DNA of 64,000 nt from the NCBI RefSeq assembly GCF_018977255.1, contig NW_024704742.1, positions 18,540,001 to 18,604,000 of the forward strand, read 5' to 3'. Source of the DNA: Callorhinchus milii. Its lineage: Eukaryota. The notes beneath the pieces are model-generated. The model did no database searches and had not been told where the DNA came from. It saw only the letters and a program-made list of their open reading frames with translations. Shown here in pieces: positions 38,461 to 52,799 of this stretch. Position 1 is the stretch's first letter. Each line of letters begins with the position of its first letter. The translations under genes and the position numbers were made by a program.

Positions 38461-40836
38461 AAGTATTATGTTATCTATTATGCAAAGTCATAAAAATTTA
38501 CTGGCCTAGTTTAAAGATACACTTGATAAACAAATTCAGTCAAAAATTTCCTTGGAATGGAAAGAGAACTTAATATCATATCTGCACACTAACTTTTTTT
38601 TGCTAGAGTTATGCTTATAACAGCATTTATAATGTTGGGAGCCACTGGAACTTCCTGGTAGCACAAAAAGTGGGAGCCTGATTCATACGTCCTGTTCCAA
38701 ATTGCTTTGAGTTCAGGCCAATGTGCCACATGCCTAATTTCGGCACTGTGACAATTCGATAAAACTCGATGAGCGCAGAACACTGAAATCGGATTTTTAA
38801 TGCTTTTAAAGAACCATTCATGCAATCTTCCCCTTTTATAAAATTAAGTAAGAATCTGCTCAAAGTTGCTGTTCTACTGTGGTTTGTACTCCTGTGTTTA
38901 TACTGTGTGAGTGCATCATCACACTCTCCCTGAAATGACCTCCTCCTCTAATTGATGTCAGGAAAGGGGCAAGGCAATCCTCCCCAAGATCACAGGGAAA
39001 GGGCAATGAAGCACAAAGTTAGATTCAATACCAGGAAGTCTTTCTTTACACAACCTATAATCAACAGCTGAAATCGGTTACCAAGAAAGGTGGTAAAGGC
39101 CAGGACGCTGGACTCATTTAAAAACTGTTTGATTCTGTAATTGGCGGACAGTAGAGTTTGTATTCATAAGACTATATTCTGTATTCCAGAATAGCCATAC
39201 TAACCTGCCGCACCCCCCCCCCCTCCCCCCCCCCAACCTGCCCACACCCACACCATAACAGCTTCAAGCTTTTAATGAGTCCAGTGACCTCACCTCAACC
39301 ATTCTTCCTGATAACCTGTTCCAATTATTAATTACCTTCTTGGCTGAAGAAGAGCTTCCTGAATGCTGTCCTGAAATTGTCATTTGGAATTCTAAACCTC
39401 TGTTCTCCAGTTATCCTCACTCACATCCAAAAGTATTGCTCTTGGATTACTCAATCCCATTTACTATCTTGTATATTCTATAAGGTTTTCTGGACGATGA
39501 GGTCAAATGGGCAGAAGGATTTCTTTATTCATATCTCTCCTGTGGTCTCAACAACAACAACAACAACAAAATTACATTTATAGAGAGCCTTTTACGTCAG
39601 GAGGATGTCCCAAATTTAGGAAGTTGACTTTAGAAAGTGTTACATTAGACGGTATCAGTACCTCTTTGCTTATTATCCCTAGTCAGATTCATACACTTTA
39701 CTAGTCATTGTTGTCTTGTTTCTTTTCATCGTGTCCATGTAAGTTTATCAAGCTTTCATTTCAAATAAACATGCAAATCTCCTTTGACTGTAGCGGAGTT
39801 TTGCGTCCATATTATGTGGAATTAGAAATTGACAATACAAATAAATGAACAGTGGATGACAGCGACTATGTTTCCAAAATCAAGACACCACCAAAGATGT
39901 TCGGTTTTGATTCAAGTAATACCCAGAATGTTTTACAGGAACGTAGCATCTATCAGACAACCATGCTCCATGGAAGCTCTACTTGTTTCCATTCTGTTCG
40001 GTTATTCACTATAGCTTTTGATTTCAACAGTTTTGCAGCCCAGGTTTTAATGGAAAAGTTTCAATTGGGACAATCCAAGTAGACCTCAGTATTCTTTTCC
40101 AGTCTTGTGTATTCCTGTGAGAAAGGAGTGTTTTTCTTGTAGTTAGTGGGTTAGTTAGTAGTTAGTTAGTCTTCCCATCAGAAGAAAATGGGTTGTTTGA
40201 GATTATTAACGCAGGAAAATTTAGTTTCGGGCCAAGGTGGGAATAAAAGGGAATGGTCAGATCAGATTTCTGGTTGGAAAAGCAGTATTCCTGCATAATT
40301 TAGTCACAAGACTTGTGCAACTAACTGACATCGCTGCAAGATAAACATGTCTCTGCCAAAAGCTAAGCGTACAAGAGTTAAAAGCTTTTTATTACATATA
40401 GCAATTATAGTTTGCTCGATAGATTTTCAGACATCCACCATTTCCCTCCCAAGCAGTTATAGGAAACTAAATAAAGATATGGGGCAAATGCCTTCCACAA
40501 TGTTTGTGAAATGTTGGGTAATCATATAATAATAGTTCTCAATCCAGAAACAGTCGTGGATTGAGTGGCCAAATTATTATCTTTTTTAAAAGATCATAAG
40601 CTCTGGAAAGCGCTCCACCAATCGACTAACAACCGAGTTCCTACTTTCTAATAGGAAACCAGAGGCAGGTGGAGTAAGGAAATTTACCTCAGGATATATT
40701 TATATAGAAACATGTTTTTTGGTGTCATTTTGGTTTCTTTAATCAGCATAATTAGTATTTCAGTGTGAAAGTATTATTCCAATAATTCTCTTTCATTACC
40801 AATTTTTAGATGCTCAATTTACCTCTTCTGGAGCAT

Positions 40837-41445
40837 CAACAACAACAACAGTTGTATAGCGCCTTTCACGTCAGGAGGACAACCCAAGGCGCTGGACAGT
40901 CAGTGATTTGGAGCAATGGAGGGCAGGGAGAATAGGATTAGGAAAGTGGCCTAAGGCACAGTTGAAGAGAAGAGTCTTGAGATGTGCCTTGAAGGAGGCA
41001 AGGAAGGGAACAAGGTGAAGGACTATACGATGGAGTTCCAAAGGATGGGGGTAGAGAGGGTGAAGGCCTGACTGCCAATGTTGGAGTGGGCTGGGCAGGT
41101 ATGTGGAGCAGGCCAGAGTCTACTGAGCGGGGAGAGTGGACAGGTTGATATGGGATTAGCAGGCTACAGAGGAAGAAGGCTATAGGAAGGAGCAAGGCCG
41201 TGGAGGGCTTTGAAGGTGATTTTGAATATCCTCTGTGGGATGGGGAGCCAGTGGAGCCAGTGGAGTCGGGCAAGGGTGGGGATGATAGGGTCACAGAAAC
41301 TGGTGTGGGAAAGGACACAAGAGTTCTGGATGATCTGCAGCTTGTGGCAGGAAGAATTGGGAAACCCGACAAGCAAGGAGTTGGCATAGTCAAGAGTAGA
41401 TATAATAAATGCGTGGATGAGGGTTTAGTCTTGAGGGGTGAGGCA
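40837..41445 (-). mobile_element. L2 3' fragment
   Basis: HKLQIIQNS…PTLARLHWL…KALHGLAPSY; (AAC)n tail. Confidence 0.9.
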
Positions 41446-43067
41446 GTGTGACCACCTACTGGCAGATCACCCCTCCCAGTAGGTGGTCTCTCCCTTTTCT
41501 AGGTTCAGTTTCTGCCATTTTGTTTTTGATTTCGAAGTGAGAAGACAATTATTATAAATTATAGCTGCTGAAATGGCTTCTAATTTATTTTTAGTTCATC
41601 TGCCAAAGAGAGGAGAAATACATGCTCTCCCAGATAAAATATTATATATATTATAACTGAATGGCTCCAATTTAAGATTCTAAATGTATTAGATAATGTA
41701 GACCATGATGAGCTGTTTTATCTTGTACTGAACAGTAGAACCAGAGGACACGGTCTGCGATTGAAAGGGAGTAAATTCAAAACAAATTGCGGAAACACCA
41801 CTTCAGGGAGTGAGCACCCAAGGAGAAAGTAGAAGCAGAAGGGTTGATTTTCAAGAATAAATTAGATAGATTTCTGTTAGGAAATAATATCTAGGGTTAG
41901 AGTATATAGTTTGGGACATGACATATGCATGTGACTGCCAGGTTGGTGGTTGACAAATTGGATGAACATTGGTCTTCTTTCATCTAGCAATTCTTATGTT
42001 CTTATGTTCTTAAGGCCTTTGCCCTAATTTAGAAGCTGCATCACAGACAACAAATTACAATAATATCACCTTGCTTCAAAGTAAAATATTGGACGCTAAC
42101 TCTTGTCACTGTTGTAATTATCACAAGAAATGCTTAAAAAAGCTATAAATTTCAGTCTTGTATTCTGAATAATATTTGACCAAATCTGAACTCAGTCTAT
42201 AAGTGTAGCTTTCTACCCTACAGTCTTGTTTTGTGGAGTGTTGGTCATTTTAATCAATGGACGAAGAATAAACATACATCACTTGGGGAATGGAACAAAG
42301 TGACCTGTCAAGGGCTTTTCTGCAGTCAGTTGCACAAACACAATTCAAAGCTACATCAAGTTTCACGCTAACAAACAATAGCTGGGAGACATTTGAATAC
42401 TTTCCCTGCTATTAGGGAAATTGGCAGCACTTATTATTTCAGTCAATGAATTATAAAGTTACTTTGAAGTCAAATGGTAAGATTTTTTTTGGGTGGGGGG
42501 GTTGTCAAAGTCTCTTAACATATCTCTGTTAATTTGCCTTTAGATTTATCTTGACTGAGTAACTGTCCCACTCGTTTGCTATTGCCTGACCTTGCAACCA
42601 TTCACAATTTTTCGCCCTTCGTGTCTTCCCCAAAACCTGGATGGAGAATAAATTGTCAGGAGAGCTTGTTGAAGGCCAGCGTGTACATAACTAGGGCGTT
42701 ATAATACAAAGGTCGTTTTGCAGTTGGTAAACTGGACAAACATCATTATCCATTGCATCCAAGGGCAACAACAAAATTTGGAAACTGTTGTAATAACATC
42801 TGCACTGGCTAACTTTAAGATGTTGTGATGGCCTATTCCGTTTAACTTGTTGATTGGCCACCAGCAGCACAAGAATCAGACTGAACTGTGTTTGGCATTA
42901 TGATGTGTAGCAGCTTTGGCGATATTGTCTTTTAACAGAGTTTCTCCCATGACAATCATTCATTACCAAAGGTGTAAAGCACTGACCAACCCAAATGTTA
43001 CAAAATGGGGAAAATAGAATGCCTTTGGGATTCGTAAATAATGTGTTTATAATACAATTTAAAATAA

Positions 43068-43380
43068 ATAATAATAATAATCCTTGTATTTGATATAGCG
43101 CTTTTCACATCTTGTTGTCTCAAAGTGCTTCACAGAATAGAATGTAAAGTGAATTTATTGTATATTTGTGGGCGAAATAAGGCAGTCAATTGCGCACAGC
43201 AGTGTCCCACAAACAGTCGTGGATTGAAGTGACCAATTTATTATTGTTTTTTTTCTTGAGGGATTATTATCAGGCGTGTAGAGTAAGGAAACTTGCCCAA
43301 GGTTTCACCCTGCCGGGCATTGAACCCAGGTCTCTCGCTTACAAAGTGAGTGCTCTAACCACTGAGCTATAGGACTCCAC
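43068..43380 (-). mobile_element. Full-length tRNA-SINE
   Basis: (AAT)n tail through CTCTAACCACTGAGCTATAGGACTCCAC head. Confidence 0.95.
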
Positions 43381-43498
43381 AAAATAAAAATCAGGCCTCC
43401 ATTGATGAACGCCATACCTTCATTGTGATTGTAGTGTTAAAGAATATTTATTTATTTAACATTTGCAGGGTTCAAACAAGCAAACAAATAAGCCCATA

Positions 43499-43628
43499 GC
43501 AAAACGCAAAATACTTCAGATGCTGGAAATCTGAAACAAAAACAGAATTCGCTGGGAACACTCAGCAGGTCGGGCAACATCTATGGAGAAAGGACATTGA
43601 GTCAACGTTTCGGGTCCACAACCCTTCT
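43499..43628 (-). mobile_element. Penelope-like terminal repeat fragment with truncated hammerhead core
   Basis: Reverse complement reads AAGGGTTGTGGACCCGAAACGTTGACTC…AGATGTTGCCCGACCTGCTGAG. Confidence 0.75.
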
Positions 43629-44624
43629 GACAAAGTTATTCTGAAATAATTCCAGAGATTCACATTGAACTGTAAACTCCACTGGAGGGATCTTGTCAAA
43701 GTCTCTTAACAAATGAATCCACTTATGTCCATTTTGAAGTTGGAAACTGAATCATTATAAGACAGTTATAAACATTAGGTTTTTAGCAAAATGAAAAGGA
43801 GAATAAAGATTGTCTTAGTCATTGTTAACTGGGATCTAATTTGCAGGTTAGGTTTTATTAGTGGAAGCTTGTGTGATAGAATCGCATGCAATCCTTTTCG
43901 TTGGTTGTTACTTACATAATAAGAGACCTCAATAATTTCTCCTTTACACCTGTGCTGGTTCATGGCTTTATTTTGTTCGACCGCAAATATACAGTCAATT
44001 CACGTTACAGTATATTCTGTGAAGCACTTTGAGACGTCTAGAAGACGTGAAAAGCGCAATATCAAATGCAAGGATTATTATTATTATTTATATGGGTTGC
44101 TAACTCAAGCTACAAATTAGACCTTCCCTCCCCCAGAAAATTGTTTAATCCTTTAACTGCAGTGAAATTCTCATATCCCTGATCCTTCTATATTTTCAAT
44201 TCATACACTCTGGGATTGGAAACAAATACATTTATCGGTTGTATTCAATTCAGTTTACCTGTGAACTTCAAATAACTCTTTGAGATATGCACCCACTCCC
44301 TTTCACCACTCTAAAGTCCTCAGCCAAATACAGGTAAGTTGTGTTTATACAAGTAGTAAAGTGAACACATTGTTCCTTTAAGAAACAATGAGGATAACTG
44401 ACCTCATTGTGCTAGGGTAAAAAACAGATTAATAATAAACATACCAGCCCAGTATCCTTCATTTGCTTGGTGATACTGAGGAACAGTGTTAAAACGGGAT
44501 AAATTCATAGTTTAAAGGGTAAATGGAAATTCCAGCTCTACCTTACAGTGGAGGACTTTTGGTTCCACTTTTACTTACCAAATTACTATTTGAACCAGAG
44601 AGGATGGCAACCTATTGACTGAAA

Positions 44625-44825
44625 GTTCCCTTCGCTCCCTTCCTCACTCCCTTCACCTCGCTCCCTCCCTTCCTATTTTCAGGTCTCTGCTGAAGACCTT
44701 TCTTTTCGACCTTTGGTCACCTTCCTCCCCCTCCCCCTGGCTCGGTCCTGGGATCCATTAATGTGAAGCACTCTGAGACGCCGTGCGGCGTGGAGGATGC
44801 TATATAAATCCAAGTTGTTCTTGTT
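44625..44825 (+). mobile_element. L2 3' end (same subfamily as 48441)
   Basis: TATTTTCAGGTCTCTGCTGAAGACC…GCTATATAAATCCAAGTTGTT. Confidence 0.85.
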
Positions 44826-44829
44826 ATGT

Positions 44830-45030
44830 CTAGTCAACAGCTGTGAAGTGAGTGACCAATATTTTGTTTGGGGGACTGTTGGCTAGGACACTGGGATGAA
44901 CTCCCTTCTCTTCAAGTAGTGTCGTGTGATCGTTAACATCCACCTGAATAATTTTAACGTTTTATGTCTCATCTGAAAGATGGCACCTCTGACAATGTAG
45001 GACAACCCCAGCACTGCATTGGAGTGTTAG
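44830..45030 (-). mobile_element. Old Deu-domain SINE fragment
   Basis: TTAACATCCACCTG…TCTCATCTGAAAGATGGCACCTCTGACA. Confidence 0.75.
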
Positions 45031-45464
45031 TACAGAATATATAGTACCATGGATGGAATAACTCATTGTGCATTTGCAGGTGAACGTGGATGGCTTATTT
45101 GGATTGTATCTGAATGTTTGTGAAGAAAAATGTAATGATTATTTTTATTACTATTACATGATAAAACTATTCCTGATATCAACAGCAACAGTAAAATGAA
45201 ATTCTGTTACGGCTTTGGCTTAACAGCCGAACAATTCAAGCTAATTCTGCTGAGAAATTACAGACCAACAGCAATGAATAGCAACATCACTAACAGTGAT
45301 CGCCACTGAGCTGAATCCCATAATGGAAATACATAGAAAGGAATAGAAAATAAATGTTTCCTTGGGGTTCATTTGCTTCCCAAATTTAAGCAAATAGCTA
45401 AACTGATCCTGGTGAGTAAGCAGCTTTGTCACAAGGAACATATGTGAAGCATCTCAAAACATGA

Positions 45465-45680
45465 AACAAATGACCAATTTTATTTGGGGGATTGTTGACC
45501 AGGACACTGGGAGAAATTCTCTTCTTTTTTTCGAATGGTGCTATCATGGGATCTTTAATGTCTGTCTGAATAGGCAGACAGGACCTCAGTTTAATGTCTT
45601 ATCTGAAGGTCGAGATCTCTGACAATGCAACACATCTCCAGAACTGCTTTAGAGTGTCAGCTTAGACTACATGAGTTCAA
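45465..45680 (-). mobile_element. Old Deu-domain SINE fragment
   Basis: CCAGGACACTGGGAGAAA…CATGGGATCTTTAA…GAGTGTCAGCTTAGA. Confidence 0.75.
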
Positions 45681-47352
45681 GTCCTGATGTAGCATCTTTA
45701 TGTTTGGAGAATATCTCAAAGCTCTTTACAAAGCCTAAATGGGAGCCAGAGCTGGGAGGGGGGAGATGGTGTGAACATAGTCAAAAACGTAGGTGGGATT
45801 TGAAAACTGGGAAGGGAGGAGCAAGACAGAGAGATTTTAGGAGAGGATTCTAAATGACTAGTTCACTTAAGTATAAATATTGTGTACAATAAATAGTCAT
45901 CGTTCTAGGCAATAATTATTTGTGAAGTGCTTTGAAACTTTTTGTCACAGCAAGGCACTAGGAAAGTGCAATTTCTTTCTTTTTTGACTCTGGATCCTAC
46001 AACTTATGTAGATTTAATGAAAAGAGTAATTTGATTGGATTTTGTTTCCCTTCCAGCTGCAAATCAAAAGGGTGGAATGCAACATGGGCAAATTTCTGAT
46101 CCTATTGCAGTTTGTTAGGTTATATACAGGACTAACGGGTAAAAGCTTTTTACAGTAAATTATCTGTCGATTCACATGCTCACTCTCTGTACCTTGGCGG
46201 AACCTGCAGCCCTTTACTAGCAGCATATATTCAATGGTTACATTTCAGTTGAGCTTAACTGCAACTTATTTATTTCTGCGCTTTTGCACACTAAATTCCA
46301 TGTCACTCGATTGACTGCAAATTCACTGACAGGGTTGTCACTGTTGGACCTATAGAGTTTAGCTTAACCTGACATTCTGACCGAGTTCTATGTAGCCAGT
46401 CTACATTTTAAAACATAAACACAATATTTCCTCAAACGTCAAAACATATGCAAAAATGACACTAGTCAATCAGGGCATATTCATCTTTCAGAGATGAAAA
46501 ATGCCTCAGCTCAATGTGTCGAATGGTCTCCTGTGTTGCACATTTCTATAGTTCTAAAATTGTGCAATATGTTGTGCTCAGATTTTCATGTCCTATATAC
46601 ATGCAACATTATTTAATGGAAATTAGTTTTACAAGCAATCGTTTTAGATATTCACTCGGCATTGTTCCGAAAAATAAATATGCTGATGCACCGAAAACTA
46701 AAATTGTTTATTGTTATCAAAGAATGGAGTTGTGCAGCGAAATCTTCAATAAAACTACGGTCTTCTGAGAACTTTCATTCACCCACATAGTAGTGAGCCC
46801 AGTGTAATGTTTTCTGATAGAAATTGCACTACTCCTGAAAACACCTTGTCCAGGAAGTGTCAAGAGCACCCACCAACATGAGTTGACCCCGCCATCATAC
46901 TCCACATTTGGCAGTAAGTTACTGGTAAGATTACGGCAATTCACCAAAAATTTGCAACATAAATATAGCAGCAGATTCAAACCCAGCATCATTTTCCAAT
47001 TTTACATTGCTGAGCAATTACTTCATTGTGTAATGGGCCACATTGCTGAGGTGTAGAGGTAAAAATGCCAAATATTGACTTAAGGATCATGATTAAGTGT
47101 CTTTCATGTTGGAAGAACATCTCAAAATGCTTAAATATTATCAATACTAATTCTATTGGCAGTGGTGAATAAATTAGTGATTTTGTCCGCACAATAATTA
47201 ATGTGGCTGGCACAGTTAGCGTTTCTTAAAAAAATTTAAATGGTAGGATGGAATGTGGTAAAATTGCTGAATCTGTTGATGTGAGAGATGAAACAGACAA
47301 TGAGTCCGTGTGTGGAATTTGTTTGGTTTTCTCAATGAAGAGTATACTTGTT

Positions 47353-47680
47353 GTGGAGTCCTGTAGCTCAGTGGTTAGAGCACTCGCCTCACGAGCGAGA
47401 GACCTGGGTTCAATTTCCAGCAGGACCAAACCTTGGGCAAATTTCCTTACTCCACGCCCCTGATACTAATCCCTCAGTAAAAAAAAACCAATAATAAATT
47501 GGTTACTTTAATCCACGACTGTTTGTGGGACACTGCTGTGCGTAATTGGCTGCCGAGTTTCGCCCACAAATGTACAGTCAATTCACTTTACAGTATATTC
47601 TGTGAAGCGCTTTGAGACATCTAGAAGACATGAAAAGCACTATGCCAAATGTAAGGATTATTATTATTTATTATTATTAC
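47353..47680 (+). mobile_element. Full-length tRNA-SINE
   Basis: Near-complete cloverleaf head (GTCCTG/CAGGAC acceptor), body, (ATT)n tail. Confidence 0.95.
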
Positions 47681-48440
47681 TTTCATGCAGGCTAGTGGCT
47701 CCATTGATTTGTTAAGTTTGACATTTACACTGGGTAAATACATGTTTTTAGCTTCAGGAGCTTTCTAGGATAATGTAAGCTGTGAGTTAACTAGTGATAT
47801 TGTGGTGACATGAATTTGGTGATCAAGACAATAATGTATAAACAAATGTGAGACAAAATAGAAGAGATTCTTCGAGGGATACAAGTGCTAAACAGAAAGA
47901 AAACAGTGGAATTGATAGCATTAAACATTGTTATGTTTTGGCCATTACCTCCTATATCTTTCTGACTCCGCTTTTAACTTTTTTTATAATAATAATAATA
48001 ATCGTTGCGTTTGATATAACACATTATCACATCTTCAAAAAGTCTCAAAGTGCTTCACAGGATTTGCTGTAAAATGAAGTACATTTGTAGGCAAACCCAA
48101 ATTTTAACACAAAGCAGAATTCAATAATTTGAACCCAGGTCTCTCGCTTGTGAGGCAAGTGCTCTAACCTTATTTGATGATAAAGTATTCATTTGGATTC
48201 ATTTGGATTCTAAATGAGGCCAATCTGTCGACATTTGCCAGCAAAGCTTACTCTGTTACAAATTGCAAATAATGAAAGTTACACTTCCAAATAATGAAAA
48301 TGAATTGTTAAATAAAATTAAATAATAAAAATTCTTAACATTAATCCTTACATTTAACATAGCACTTTTCACGTCAGAAGGACGTCTCTAAGCACTTCAC
48401 AAGATATACTGTAAAGTGGAGTGACTGCTTATATTGTAAT

Positions 48441-49346
48441 AATACCCAACTCTATTTCTCCACCTCACTTTGCGACCCCTAGTCCCCTGATGTTCTGTCA
48501 GCCTGCTTGTCAGACCTCAGGGGCTGGATGAGAACAAATTTCCTTTGGCTGAACGTTGACAAGACGGAAGCCATGCTCTTTGGCTCTCGTCAACATCTAA
48601 AATCTCACGGTTCTCACCTTCTCCACCTACCCGACCTCCCCCTAAAACTCTCTGAACCTGTACGCAACCTAGGCATCAGGTTCGAGCCACAATTATCCTT
48701 CCTCCCCCACATCTGGGCCCTCACCAGCACTGCATTCTTCCACCTCCAACGCATCGCCCGTCTCCCCCAATACCTCTCTCCGAAAGCCACTGAAACCCTG
48801 GTCCATGCCTTTGTCACCTCTCGGCTGGACTATTCAAACGCCCTCCTCGCCAGCCTCCCCTCCACTACCATCCATAAAATTCCCGATCCCCACTCCCCGA
48901 TCACCCCAGTCCTTGCCAGACTGCACTGGCTGCCTGTCCCAGAGAGGATCGACTTCAAGATCCTCACCCTTATCTTCAAATCCCTCCACTCCTCTGCAAC
49001 CCCTAACTCTCTGACCTCCTCTCTCTCCTCAAGACAGTGCCCGTTGCCTTCGTTCCTCTGGGTCTGGCCTCCTCCTTGTCCCCTGAGTCCTCCGCTCCAC
49101 CCTTGGCGGCCGTACCTTCAGCCACTATGCCCCGAGGCTCTGGAACTCCCTTCCTCCCTCCCTTTGCCTCGCCCCCTCTCTTCCTATTTTCAGGTTTCGG
49201 CTGAAGATCTTTCTTTTCAACCCGCCTTTGGTCACCTTCCTTGCCCTCCTCCGGCTCGGCTCTGGGATCCGTTACTGTGAAATGCTCTGAGATGTCATCC
49301 GGAGTGGAGGGAGCTATATAAATCCAAGTTGTTGTTGTTGTTGTTT
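48441..49346 (+). mobile_element. 5'-truncated L2
   Basis: ORF 48507-49280: LNVDKTEAMLFG…VHAFVTSRLDYSN…RIDFKIL; (GTT)n tail. Confidence 0.95.
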
Positions 49347-50444
49347 GTGAGTGAACCACACAACTAATTTGCAAATGAAAATACAGAATATCCCCATATA
49401 GTGATTGAACATCACTTTTCCTATCACAGGTTTAAGATGCCTTCAATCACGGTCCTTTGTAATAGCTGATAAATTGTAAAAGTTGCAAATACGTGAAATG
49501 CAATGTTTCAAAATGTGGACACTGCACCTGCGTTGATTGAGACCTAAGCATCTGGTAAAGTCAGAGTCAATTCCTTCCCCCTGTCTAAATATTATTTTTC
49601 TCAGAAGACTCAGTATTATGCAGAAGGGCATCTCAGGTGTTAATTCAATACATTTAAAACTGTTCTGCATTATGACATTTTAGGCTCTATGAAAATAATG
49701 TTAAAATATCAATATACAAATATACAAAGTGGCTTTGAGTATGTTTTTATGCTCAGTGGAATATCAAACCCCAGGTCTGTGCCTACAGGAGAAATTCATG
49801 CTTTCTCTTTGTCTAGCATTAATTGTGTAGTTGGGCCTTATCAAGACAGAAAGGAGAATTAGATCCTTAACATGTTTATTAGACGGACCAGAACAAATAG
49901 GTATTGGACCACACCTGAGAAAAAAAACATTGGACTTGTGCACCAGACAGTAAAATCATGTTTTATTTCAAATTAGACTTTAAAAATTATACTCATTAAA
50001 ATGAAACATTTATCTTTCCAAATAGTTTAGCAATGCTTGGAACTGGTGTGGTTGGTTTGGTGCCTTTCATTATGGGAGGATAATCAGATTTTACCACAAC
50101 AACAAGCCAACTGTACAACAAAGTAACATTCCTGTTGCTTTTATGACCTTGTGGTGGATAATTGATATGGTTAGGTGAGATGTGTTCTTTGAACGAACAA
50201 TAAATATAAACAGTTAATTATCACAGTAATAAAATGAAATGCCAATCTCTGAAAGTTAATTTATATCTTATTTACGGAAAGAAATTGGTTTGTTTCATGA
50301 AAAGGATATCCCTTCTCTAAATCAGATATGGTAATAACATAGCATGCCAACGTGATGTCATTACCAACCTTATCGTGAACTATAAATTCACTTTAAATAG
50401 TTTTAGAAGCTACAGGCAGGTTTTCAATCCCACCCCAGATAAAA

Positions 50445-50830
50445 CCAATAATAATCCTTGATTTAGTGTCTTATCATGTCATCAAAATATCTCAATGTCC
50501 TCAACTGGATTAGTGCAAAGTGCAGTGACTGTAATTTGTATGTGGGCTCAGCAGCCAACTTACACACAGCAATGTCCATAAAGTGAATAACTAATTATAT
50601 CTGGGGGATTGTTAACCAGGACGTCAGGCATTCTCTTTCTGAATAGTTTATGTAATCGTTAATGTCCACCTGAAAAAGCAAAGTAGAACATCTCTTCCGA
50701 AAAACAATGCCTCCAGCAATGCCTCTGGCAATGTAACATTCCCCCAGCACTGCATTGGAATGCTGGCTTGGATTGTGAGCTCAAAGTCATGATGTGAGGC
50801 TTGAACCCACAACCTTCTGATGCTGATATG
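50445..50830 (-). mobile_element. Old Deu-domain SINE
   Basis: Tail, TTAATGTCCACCTG, CAGCACTGCATTGGA, TTGAACCCACAACCTTCTGA. Confidence 0.7.
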
Positions 50831-52799
50831 AGAGTGCAAGGAAACGACCCAGGGTAATACTGTGGAAAGCAAGAAGTATGAGGCAGCTAATGACTCTGTA
50901 CTGCACATGCTTTTGCTTTGGTATTAAACAAACAGAAAACCTGTTGTTTCAAAGAATACTCCCAATGTCTAGCATATGGCTGTACTTGCTTATGATACCG
51001 TTTGCTGTTGCAGGGCAGAGAATCAATCCAATGAAAGCTTTTCCTTAGCTGACATAAATTGTATTGTTCAAAGCAAAACCTTGACTGTTTAATTTGGTTC
51101 ATTTAAAAAGCACTATTGATGCCTGAAATAGGATGGTAGCCATTGTGTTTGTTTCTGATTAATGTTCCACTTTGCAAACAGATAAATGTCATTATCCTTC
51201 ATTGTTTAGTGACATATTTCTGAAATGCTTGAGGTATATTCCCACTGTTAAGTGAAACATTTTTGTTTCTTAATTGAAATATTTTAAATATTTTTTTTGT
51301 AATTGAAGCTTTATGATACATAAGGTGCATAATCTTTTGATATTGTCTTGATGCAAAAGGTTTTCAGTGCCTTGAGACGTCCTCCTGATATGAAAGGTGC
51401 TATATAAATGCAATTTGTTGTTGTTTGTTGTTATGGATTATGTGTCTAATTGCCAATGCTCCAAGTTAAAGTGAGAAATTTCATGCACAGATCTCTGGTG
51501 CATACTAATCCATAATTATAAGAGGTAAAAATTATAGTATTCCATAATTAACCTGGCATAAAGTAACACTCCTGTCAATTGTCCTGCAGATATAGTCATT
51601 AAACTTCACAGAGACTTTGTGAAGCACTCTGAGACCTTCTCAATTTTATAGGTGCTTTACCAAATACAAGGATTATTATCACTTCACTTTGCAATGTTTA
51701 GTGTAAAACACAGCATGACAAGATTCACATTACAGCTAGTGTTTACACAGTTAGCTACCAGTCTGTGAGAGACTCCCTCCAAAAGTCTTTGCTCCAGATT
51801 TTCTGACTGCCATTTTTAATTTTGATATGGTAGATTTGCCTTTAAATTGTAACCTCGAGAGGAAGTGATACGTATATTCTTCTTTAATAACTGTTTTCTG
51901 GGCTAGATTTGCCTGATCCAGAAAATGATGTTTCCTGATTGCGATTGAGGCCTTGGGAATCCTTGTTTTCTGGGTCACAACAAGTTACCTTGTGGCCATC
52001 ATACTGGTTGGCAGGGCAGCCAATTGTTCACTGAATACATCATTGATGTGCAATAAGGAGTTTCATACATTGTTCACTACTCATGAAAACATTTTCCTTT
52101 GAAAGACTTAATAGAAAAGGCTTGAAAGTTGCCCTTTCCTTGACTCCAACTACCCTTCTAGGAAATGTGCCTCTTTTCAACATGAGAGCGACTGTGTGGA
52201 AAATCCAATAATTGAATCAATAGCAAAAGTTATGACCTTTTGGCTCCAGGCATTCTTAAATTTGTTTTAATTACATCCTGGATTTTATCTATAAAGCAAT
52301 TCTGGTATCTATCCGTCAAACACACACACGCACACAATATTTCAGAGAATGTGCTTATACTGTCATTTGTAACTAATAAATGCTTTCGGTATTGCACCTT
52401 TTGGTCAACTTAATATGTTCCACACAGACTAGCAGCACTAATGCTTTTAATTGGCTAGGGATTGGCCAGGCTGCTTTGAAAATATATTATACTCTTATAA
52501 TTCTTGAATGACAGCTGGTGGAAATAATCCAATAACAGGTGAAATTAGTGGTACAAATAAGATTCATCCACTGTCACAGCAAATTCATATATCAGTTGTC
52601 CCATTCAAATCAGTGATTTAAAAAAAAGCCTTTTAAAATTTATTATTCTTTGGAATATTGCAATGAAGGGTAATTAAAGTGTTGAATGGCAGTCACTGGA
52701 AAGTTATCAATGGCAGCACCACAGGTATTATGTGAAACACCCAGCTCACAGACTGAACAATGCAGCTCAAGGTAAAATGCCTTTATATTTGATATAGGC

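Noticed and set aside
39829..40117. Short ORFs and a possible minus-strand acceptor
   Set aside because: No recognisable peptide and no convincing paired splice sites
47358..47430. tRNA gene (good cloverleaf)
   Set aside because: It runs directly into a SINE body and L2 tail with no oligo-T terminator; the anticodon loop varies among copies
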